From assembly GCA_045546075.1 (NCBI GenBank), contig JAZQCF010000001.1, positions 8,299-72,298 of the forward strand: DNA of 64,000 nucleotides, given 5' to 3'. The stretch is from Candidatus Enterousia sp. GTDB lineage: Bacteria; Pseudomonadota; Alphaproteobacteria; Rs-D84. The translations under genes and the position numbers were made by a program. Positions 47,721 through 54,791 of the stretch are shown piece after piece; positions within the stretch are counted from its first letter, which is position 1, and each line of letters starts with the position of its first letter. The notes under the pieces are model-generated. The model did not search any database and was not told the DNA's origin. It saw only the letters and a program-made list of their open reading frames with translations.

Positions 47721-47794
47721 TGGGGTGTCGTCTAATGGTAGGACAAGAGATTTTGGTTCTCTTTATCATGGTTCGAATCCGTGCGCCCCAACCA
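47721..47794 (+). tRNA. tRNA-Gln (anticodon UUG), CCA encoded
   Basis: Hand-folded. Acceptor TGGGGTG/CGCCCCA, D arm GTCT-AATGGTA-GGAC, anticodon stem AGAGA/TCTCT with loop TTTTGGT (UUG), T arm CATGG-TTCGAAT-CCGTG, discriminator A, CCA. Confidence 0.9.
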
Positions 47795-48069
47795 AAAATT
47801 CAACCGGCTCCACCGGTTTAATTTTTGGTCTGCGCACGGATGGGTGCGACGCGTCAGCGCAGCACCAATACGAGAATACACAATTAGAAAAATCTTAAAA
47901 AATCGACTTTGGAGAATTTTTTTGATTTTTGTTATTGTGTATCAAGGCACCCGTGCGCATTCCAGAGAGCAAAAAAAACAAATTTTCGCCAAGTTCGAAA
48001 GTTTGGTTTTGAAAAATGGCAAAAAATTGGTGTTTTCAAACTCTTTGTGATATAATTATGCCAAAGGTT
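47783..48069 (+). repeat. Module A: tRNA-Gln 3' end + hairpin + GCGCATTCCAGAGAG box + promoter-like TGATATAAT
   Basis: Collinear blocks are shared with module B (48788-48966): CCCCAACCAAA(A/C)ATTCAACCGG..., GCGCATTCCAGAGAG, AAATTTTC.CCAAG.TTC.AA, TTTCAAACT.TTT.T.ATA.AATTA. Confidence 0.75.
47792..47828 (+). terminator. Long hairpin overlapping the tRNA CCA end (terminator / att-like core)
   Basis: CCAAAAATT-C-AACCGG-CTCCA-CCGGTT-T-AATTTTTGG. A copy with compensatory changes lies at 48796-48836. Confidence 0.6.
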
Positions 48070-48074
48070 ATTTT

Positions 48075-48725
48075 ATGAATAAGATTTTTTATATATTTAG
48101 ACATGGTCAGACAGATTACAATACTGAAAAACGGGTACAAAGTATTTTAGATGTACCATTAAATCAAGATGGTGTTAATCAAGCAAAACAGTTAGCAAAA
48201 AATTTATCTGATGTGCAATTTGATTGTATTTATAGTTCTCCTTTATCACGGGCTTTGGATACAGCAAAAATTGTTGTTGAGAATCGAGATATAAAAATTA
48301 TAACTGATCCAGGATTACAAGAAAGGAACCTTGGTGCACTTTGCGGGAAAATAGTAAAAACAACGGATGCCCCTGTTAACACACAGTTTGATATAAATGC
48401 AGATATGATAAACATACCTTTGGCTCTTTTGTCTGACGATGATTATGCGCCACCAAAAAATGGTGAAAGCTATAATATGTTTGCTAAACGAGTTCTTGAT
48501 ACAATGTTGAATATTGCAAAGAATACACATGCAAAAACAGTCGGTGTTTCAACGCATGGTGGTGTTATGAGTTTTTTAATACGACATTTTACTGATTTTG
48601 CACATGGCGGAACCCCAAATACAGGTTATATCAAAATGCAGTGGGATGGGAAAACTTTTACTTTACTAGAAACTCCCGATTGGTTGTTAAAAATTAATGC
48701 TTTAACACAATCTGGACGGCAATAA
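48075..48725 (+). CDS. Histidine phosphatase (phosphoglycerate mutase-like) family protein
   Basis: IFYIFRHGQTDYN (RHG catalytic motif) and the second His in VSTHGGV. AT-rich gene. Confidence 0.8.
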   Translation: MNKIFYIFRHGQTDYNTEKRVQSILDVPLNQDGVNQAKQLAKNLSDVQFDCIYSSPLSRALDTAKIVVENRDIKIITDPGLQERNLGALCGKIVKTTDAPVNTQFDINADMINIPLALLSDDDYAPPKNGESYNMFAKRVLDTMLNIAKNTHAKTVGVSTHGGVMSFLIRHFTDFAHGGTPNTGYIKMQWDGKTFTLLETPDWLLKINALTQSGRQ

Positions 48726-48787
48726 TATATCTTTAACATCATCTATCTCTCTTACTATTTCCAATAATTCAGTTCGCGTTTTGCCAG

Positions 48788-48966
48788 CACCCCCCAACCA
48801 AACATTCAACCGGCCCCAGCGGTTTAATGTTTAGGTTTGTGTGACGCACGAATACACCAGAGCGACGCGCATTCCAGAGAGTAAATAAATTTTCCCAAGA
48901 TTCAAATGGTTGGGTTTTTGAAATTCAAAATTTATTGAACTTTCAAACTGTTTATAATAAAATTAA
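48788..48966 (+). repeat. Module B: degenerate copy of the tRNA-Gln 3' end/hairpin/promoter-like module
   Basis: GCACCCCCCAACCAAACATTCAACCGGCCCCAGCGGTTTAATGTTTAGG matches tRNA positions ~66-76 plus the downstream hairpin of module A. About 100 nt of module A are missing from the middle. Confidence 0.75.
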
Positions 48967-48987
48967 ACGACAACCAAAGGAAAAAAG

Positions 48988-49719
48988 ATGCAAATAACAA
49001 TGCGACCAATGACGGTTGATGAAGCATGGAATTATATTCTTGAACGGCATACAGCATTTCATGACAGCTTAAAAAATTTTGGGTATAAATATAACCTTTG
49101 GGTGCCGAAACCGAATAACGAATATATCAAGGCAATGTTCGAAAAAGATAAGTTAACAGACCAAGAAATAAACTTTTATAAAAATTTCTTTACCAATAAA
49201 ATCTATAATATTGATGATTTGCGACGGTTTGATGGTATATTCGACGAATTTGTAAAACCTATGTTGGAAAGGAGTATAAATAAATTTTTGGTTCCTTTGT
49301 TACCAAGTTGGAACGCGAATTTGCCCGAAAAGTTAGAAATTTTATGTACCTATGGTGTGGGCGCGGGATATGACCGTAAAAGCGATGAAGTTGCCACAAT
49401 AACTTTTCGTATGTCAAGATATCCAGACAACAAGGAAAAGATACTTGATACTATGTTGCATGAATTTATTCATTTATTAATAGAAAAACCAATAATACAA
49501 CAATACGATGTTCCGCATAATTTTAAAGAACGAATTGTTGATAACATAGGGCAAATATTTTATAACAGATACCCCCAAGAAAAATTTATAAATCCTTTCG
49601 TCGATAAATATATTACCGCCACGGCAATCAAAACAGATTTACCTGGCGCGGTAAAAAAGATGATGACAGATTATAAAATGTTGCGGCAGAAACAAATTCA
49701 GCAAGGACAAAGTTTTTAA
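48988..49719 (+). CDS. Hypothetical protein with an HExxH motif (possible Zn-metallopeptidase fold)
   Basis: MLHEFIHLLIE is the only motif I recognise. No signal peptide. AT-rich gene. Confidence 0.45.
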   Translation: MQITMRPMTVDEAWNYILERHTAFHDSLKNFGYKYNLWVPKPNNEYIKAMFEKDKLTDQEINFYKNFFTNKIYNIDDLRRFDGIFDEFVKPMLERSINKFLVPLLPSWNANLPEKLEILCTYGVGAGYDRKSDEVATITFRMSRYPDNKEKILDTMLHEFIHLLIEKPIIQQYDVPHNFKERIVDNIGQIFYNRYPQEKFINPFVDKYITATAIKTDLPGAVKKMMTDYKMLRQKQIQQGQSF

Positions 49720-49859
49720 TATACTTTTGCGGTTTTGCACTATCTAATGATTCGAGCCGCGTTTCGCCATCATTTCGGCACATGCCAAAGGTTTTTTATC
49801 AAATAACAATTAAACAGCCCCGGTGTTATACTGGGGCCGTATTCTTATGGGGGGGCGAC

Positions 49860-50552
49860 ATGTACGAATATTTAATAATTTATGGATTGATGATAGTCAA
49901 ACTTGTTTTGGCAATTGTATCTGTTGTTATCTTTATGCATTTTTTCAGTTCATCCGGCAATCTAAAACAATCCACCCCGCTTTCTGTTATAATAAACTTC
50001 CTGCTTAGTGCGATTTTATCGGGTTTTATATTAAATGACCGCATAAATATTCTAGAATTTACAATTGTTGTTTTGATATACGGCGGAATAATCAGCGCCC
50101 TAAACCGATTGGCGTTTTACACTAATTTTGGTCGTCGCATGTTCGTCGGCATACCCAAAGTATTGGTCCAAAACGGTCAATTAAACACGAAACGAATGCA
50201 AAAACTTAAAATATCTGCACGCGATTTAGTCGTCGCCATGCGAAAACACAAAATACGTTCTCTTGACGACATTGAAATGGCCCAGATTGAACCCACCGGC
50301 GAATTGACCATTGTAAAGAAAGGCGCAGAAAAATATTCAATTGTATTGATTGATAACGGAATTATCGACCGTATCGCATTAAAGAAAATAAACCGTACCG
50401 AAAAATGGCTGCGCCAAAAATTGCGTGAAAAAAAGATAACAACAACCAATAATATTTTTGTCGCCCAATGGCACCATGGAAAACTGTATATAGTAAAAAA
50501 GAACAAGGGATTAAATAACGCCACGCCCCCGACACAAAAATCTAATACATAA
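49860..50552 (+). CDS. DUF421 (YetF-like) membrane protein
   Basis: Three N-terminal TM helices and a C-terminal soluble domain (ISARDLVVAMRKHKIRSLDDIEMAQIEPTGELTIVKK) resembling the YetF family. Start set at MYEYLII (49860). Confidence 0.65.
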   Translation: MYEYLIIYGLMIVKLVLAIVSVVIFMHFFSSSGNLKQSTPLSVIINFLLSAILSGFILNDRINILEFTIVVLIYGGIISALNRLAFYTNFGRRMFVGIPKVLVQNGQLNTKRMQKLKISARDLVVAMRKHKIRSLDDIEMAQIEPTGELTIVKKGAEKYSIVLIDNGIIDRIALKKINRTEKWLRQKLREKKITTTNNIFVAQWHHGKLYIVKKNKGLNNATPPTQKSNT

Positions 50553-50715
50553 AATCCAACAGGTCATAAAACTAATAACATTCTTTCATCAAATACGTTT
50601 TACGACCAATATATATTTGTTTATTTTTCAACCATACCGTCCGCACAATCCATTGCAACCGCGGGCGATAAAATACCAACACAAAACAAACCAAAGCAAA
50701 ATTTTTTCATACTTT

Positions 50716-51336
50716 TTATTTTTTCCTTGGCTCTACGCATTCGCCGTCGCCTTCGCGGGGACAGCACGCAAATTTCATCTGGGAAACTTCTTTGAACTTT
50801 TCACCCGTACAGCATCCAAACCGATTGGGTTTTGCCCCATCATCACACAGGCCTTTGGCGCGATTTTCTTCTATTTGCGCCAATTCAGCCGCCAATTCTT
50901 CGGGCGTTTTTTCTGGTACCGGTTCGGGTTCTGGTGCCGGTTCTGGTGTGGCATCAACCTCTTCTTCTACAACTTCTTCTGCAACCTGGGGTTCAACAAA
51001 ATTTTTGGCCGGATTTACATTTTCATAGTTATGAACCGGTCTGCGCCGCGCGCGTGCCGCACACACCGTGCGTTGCCGCGACAACATATATTCTAAATCG
51101 GGGGCCAATTCCGGATACGCCTTGATATCTTCGCGCAGTTCTTCAACGCGTTGATTTATGTCGGCGCAACTCATCCGCTCTACCACCGCGCGTGGGGCGG
51201 GAACTTCTTCCACCGCGGCGGTATCAACAACTGTGGTTTCTGCGTCATCCGCAACAACCGATTCCAGGTTTGATTCATCCGCCAATGCCGGCGCACACAC
51301 AAATACGCCAAGTATCGCAATTATTTTTATGTTCAT
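50716..51336 (-). CDS. Exported acidic/Pro-Glu-rich protein ending in the C-x9-GCC-x14-CCP-x6-C motif
   Basis: Signal peptide MNIKIIAILGVFVCAPALA/DE, the linker PEPAPEPEPVPEKTPEE, and the C-terminus LCDDGAKPNRFGCCTGEKFKEVSQMKFACCPREGDGECVEP. Strong SD (AAGGGGGG). Confidence 0.55.
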   Translation of the reverse strand: MNIKIIAILGVFVCAPALADESNLESVVADDAETTVVDTAAVEEVPAPRAVVERMSCADINQRVEELREDIKAYPELAPDLEYMLSRQRTVCAARARRRPVHNYENVNPAKNFVEPQVAEEVVEEEVDATPEPAPEPEPVPEKTPEELAAELAQIEENRAKGLCDDGAKPNRFGCCTGEKFKEVSQMKFACCPREGDGECVEPRKK

Positions 51337-51356
51337 TCCGCCCCCCTTTGAATTTT

Positions 51357-52109
51357 TTATTCTTCAATTATGCGTTGCAATTCCAATATAAAATCGATTC
51401 CCGGATTAACCATTTTTTCAACTTTATTCAGGTATTTTTTTGCTTCGTTCTGCATTTGCAGTTTTTTATAGGTATTTATCGTAGAACGAATTTCACTGGT
51501 ATCAATATTTGCATCATTAACGCGCACACCATCGGCAATTTTTAATTCATCCAAAGCCTTTTGCGCATATTTCTGGCGATTTTCCGTACAACCATCTTCC
51601 GCCATTTTCGAATATATCTCGGCATTTTCTAAATGACAATTTGGTGAATCGCCACAATTCTGTATATTAGATAACAAATTTCTTTCAATGACGGCACATG
51701 GACTATCATCAACAATATTCTCATCAAAAATTTTACGCAAAACTTCAAAGGTTGCAAATTCTGCATCTCTCATTTCTTTATACTTGTCGGTATTTTCGTC
51801 ACAGCCCCACTTTGCCAACCTGTCATAAATATCGGCATTATGTCTATGGGCCGTTGTTGCCCATCTCAGGTCTGCATCATTTATGTTATAATTCAGTTGT
51901 GCCAACAATGCATTTTCGCGCATTTGGCAACCACTTAATTCTGTCTGTACGGCGGAATCCGGCGTATAGACGGTTTTTGCCTGCCAAATAAACGCGCCCG
52001 CCATCATACCACATACAAATATTCCAATCAATGCGACCCAGGCCAAAATTCTTTGACGGCGCGAATATGTATAAACTTTTTCATTTACGATTTTTTTATT
52101 CTCTCTCAT
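51357..52109 (-). CDS. Membrane-anchored protein with an internal NA[DE]IY..[LM]A..GC.EN..KY repeat
   Basis: One TM helix (ILAWVALIGIFVCGMMAGAFIW). The repeats are HRHNADIYDRLAKWGCDENTDKY (aa 88-110) and HLENAEIYSKMAEDGCTENRQKY (aa 159-181). Confidence 0.55.
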   Translation of the reverse strand: MRENKKIVNEKVYTYSRRQRILAWVALIGIFVCGMMAGAFIWQAKTVYTPDSAVQTELSGCQMRENALLAQLNYNINDADLRWATTAHRHNADIYDRLAKWGCDENTDKYKEMRDAEFATFEVLRKIFDENIVDDSPCAVIERNLLSNIQNCGDSPNCHLENAEIYSKMAEDGCTENRQKYAQKALDELKIADGVRVNDANIDTSEIRSTINTYKKLQMQNEAKKYLNKVEKMVNPGIDFILELQRIIEE

Positions 52110-52128
52110 TTTTTCTCCCCTTTATATT

Positions 52129-52839
52129 TTATTTAACGATGCCTTTTTTAATTGTAATCTGGCGGTCGGCACGGTTGGCCAACGACATATCGTGCGTCAC
52201 AAACAACATTGCCATTTTATTTTTCCTTACCAAATCCAACAGCAATTCAAAAACGCTGATTGCGTGATTTGGATCCAAACTGCCCGTTGGTTCGTCCGCC
52301 AACAATATATCCGGCGTGTTTGCCAACGCGCGCGCAACCGCGGTGCGTTGTTGTTCACCACCCGACATTTGCCCCGGCAGATGTGATGCCCGATGCGCCA
52401 CATTGGCGGATTTTAACAGTTTCATCGCGCGTGCGTACGCCGCATCCGCGTCCATACCGTTTGCCAACATTGGCAACATAACGTTTTCCACCGCCGTAAA
52501 ATCAGACAACAAATTATGCCGCTGATATACAAATCCCATTTTGCGCCGGCGAATCATTGTCCGCATTTCTTCGTTCATTGTGTGAACCGGCGTGCCAGAA
52601 ACCAAAATACTGCCCCCCGACGGTTTATCCAATAAACCCACACATTGTAACAGGGTTGATTTCCCCGAACCCGACGGACCAACCAGGGCGATAATTTCAC
52701 CACGGTGTAAATCAAACCCGCCCCCGGTTAGAATATGCAACGGTTGACCACCTTCTATAAAGGTCTTTTTAATATCGCGCACCGACAGGACCACATCGCC
52801 CTGCTTTGCCCGTGATAAAGAATTCAATATAGATGCCAT
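52129..52839 (-). CDS. lolD: Lipoprotein-releasing system ATP-binding protein LolD
   Basis: GPSGSGKSTLLQ (Walker A), LSGGEQQRTAVARAL (signature) and LLADEPTGSLD (Walker B). Confidence 0.88.
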   Translation of the reverse strand: MASILNSLSRAKQGDVVLSVRDIKKTFIEGGQPLHILTGGGFDLHRGEIIALVGPSGSGKSTLLQCVGLLDKPSGGSILVSGTPVHTMNEEMRTMIRRRKMGFVYQRHNLLSDFTAVENVMLPMLANGMDADAAYARAMKLLKSANVAHRASHLPGQMSGGEQQRTAVARALANTPDILLADEPTGSLDPNHAISVFELLLDLVRKNKMAMLFVTHDMSLANRADRQITIKKGIVK

Positions 52840-53519
52840 TATTTTATGTCTCGCCCTTTATTAGTTTTTATGATAGCATTTTGTTTATTTTTTTCCAATG
52901 CAGAAATTATCTTGTTCGCTGTTTCCGGTGCCAACACATACCCAGTCATAATTCCATATGCTTTAATTTTATCATACAATTCTTGTTCATTCTTTAAAAC
53001 AATATCTATATGAATACCTTGCTGAAAACGCCCGCGGCAATAATAATCTATCTCTTTTGGCGCAAACCCAAATATTGACCCATATATAATATCATTACGT
53101 TTGCTTGGTATGTTTGGTAAATCCGGATTCAATTTGATTATCTTATCATATTCCAAAGATAATTTTTCATCATAACTTTTACTTTTTGATTTGATGTAAT
53201 CGATAACCTGCAATCTTGTTTGTTCATCTGGTATACTATTTTTAAAATCCGTTTGAAAACCAAACCTATCATCACCATTCAGCATTTCAAAATCTACATA
53301 AAAACCATACAGTGCAATTTTTTTCATATAATCTGCCTGTGTCACATTGTCCGGCATTTTATATTTATGAAATAATTTTATATTGTTAATACCGATTTTC
53401 TGTAATTGTTTTTCCAAATCTTTTGCAGACGAATTCCATTCTTCGCCATATGCATACGAATACCTTAATGCAATTTCGGCCAATTTGATTTCAATTGATT
53501 TATCTAAAGACTTATTCAT
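52839..53519 (-). CDS. Hypothetical cytoplasmic protein (226 aa) wedged between lolE and lolD
   Basis: Its ATG overlaps the lolE stop (ATGAATAA) and its stop overlaps the lolD start (TAATG). No signal peptide, TM helix or recognisable motif. Visibly AT-richer than its neighbours. Confidence 0.55.
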   Translation of the reverse strand: MNKSLDKSIEIKLAEIALRYSYAYGEEWNSSAKDLEKQLQKIGINNIKLFHKYKMPDNVTQADYMKKIALYGFYVDFEMLNGDDRFGFQTDFKNSIPDEQTRLQVIDYIKSKSKSYDEKLSLEYDKIIKLNPDLPNIPSKRNDIIYGSIFGFAPKEIDYYCRGRFQQGIHIDIVLKNEQELYDKIKAYGIMTGYVLAPETANKIISALEKNKQNAIIKTNKGRDIK

Positions 53520-54789
53520 TTCGCAACACCTCTACCGGGTCAGTGTTTGCGGCACGCCACGCCGGATATATGGTTGCCAAGAACGCCAGTGCGATTGCCA
53601 GCACCGCAATTCCAACAACCGTTGTAAATTCCAAACGCGATGGCAATTCAGACAAATAATACAATTCCGCCGGAAACAAATCGCGACCTGTTGCCCATTG
53701 AAAGAATTTGCGAATCGGTTCAATATAAATTGCCACAACCACGCCCAATATCGTCCCCAGCGCGGCACCAATCACACCAATACTGGTCCCCGACAGGATA
53801 AATATCTTCATCATTGAACGGCGTGAAACACCGAATGTCCGCAACACCGCAATATCGCGCGATTTGTCTTTGACCAACATAACCAAAGACGAAACGATAT
53901 TAAACGCCGCCACAATCACAATCAGCATTAAAATCAAAAACATAACATTTGTTTCAACCTGCAACGCACCAACAAATCCGCGGTTCAAATCACGCCAATC
54001 ACGCACCACATACCCATCGGGCAATGTTGCAATTAATGCCTCGCGCACGGGGGTTGTGTCTTCGGGATTTTTCAAGAATAAATCTATATGCGTTACCGCA
54101 TCCCCCAGGTTCAAATATTTCTGGGCGGTTTCCAACGGCATAAATATATATCCCGAATCATATTCATACATTCCCATAAAGAAAGATGTCATCACCGGAT
54201 AAGACATAATTCGCGGCATCGTTCCAAACGCAGTCGGTGTCGCCCCATTTGCCGAAACCAACGACACAGTTTCCCCCATATGCACATTCAGGTTTCGCGT
54301 CAAAGATGCACCCGCCACCAATTCACCATCGCGAATATCGCTAAGTTTTTTACCATACATCCGTGTTCCGGTTGCGGTCTTGGCCGCCAAATCGGTCATA
54401 CGAATTCCACGCACCATCGCACCGGTGTTGTTCCCATCGTGAGTAACCATAACCTGGCCTTCGGCGATTGGCACAATGGACGACACGGCGTTTTTCACAG
54501 TTTTGCCGCTTTTCATTTGTTCTATTAAAAAATCATAGTCCGCGATTGCGCCATCTTGGTGATATACAACAACGTGCCCGTTCATACCAACAATGCGCGA
54601 CAACAGCGTATCGTGAAAACCGCCCATAACCGACATAACCACAATCAGTGTCGCAACACCCAACATAATCCCAATCAACGACACCCACGACACCACGGAC
54701 CCAAACCCGCGTCCCCGCGCCCCCAGGTATCTAAATGCTATTTTTCTTTCCAATTTGCTGAACATCATACTACCTATTCTATCATCCAA
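53512..54789 (-). CDS. lolE: Lipoprotein-releasing system permease (LolC/LolE family, FtsX/MacB-type)
   Basis: KIAFRYLGARGRGFGSVVSWVSLIGIMLGVATLIVVMSVMGGFHDTLLSRIVGMNGHV, a large periplasmic domain and three C-terminal TM helices. The start could also be M8 or M9 (54768/54765). Confidence 0.85.
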   Translation of the reverse strand: MDDRIGSMMFSKLERKIAFRYLGARGRGFGSVVSWVSLIGIMLGVATLIVVMSVMGGFHDTLLSRIVGMNGHVVVYHQDGAIADYDFLIEQMKSGKTVKNAVSSIVPIAEGQVMVTHDGNNTGAMVRGIRMTDLAAKTATGTRMYGKKLSDIRDGELVAGASLTRNLNVHMGETVSLVSANGATPTAFGTMPRIMSYPVMTSFFMGMYEYDSGYIFMPLETAQKYLNLGDAVTHIDLFLKNPEDTTPVREALIATLPDGYVVRDWRDLNRGFVGALQVETNVMFLILMLIVIVAAFNIVSSLVMLVKDKSRDIAVLRTFGVSRRSMMKIFILSGTSIGVIGAALGTILGVVVAIYIEPIRKFFQWATGRDLFPAELYYLSELPSRLEFTTVVGIAVLAIALAFLATIYPAWRAANTDPVEVLRNE

Positions 54790-54791
54790 AA

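Noticed and set aside
47596-48050. 100-aa and 89-aa ORFs overlapping tRNA-Gln and module A
   Set aside because: They read through a well-folded tRNA and repeat sequence, so they are not credible CDSs.
49745-49775. GATTCGAGCCGCG...CGCCA resembling a tRNA T-arm/3' end, a possible third att-like remnant
   Set aside because: The flanking bases do not form a T-stem or acceptor stem, and similarity to the tRNA-Gln 3' end is weak. It is mentioned only as a place to look when aligning with relatives.
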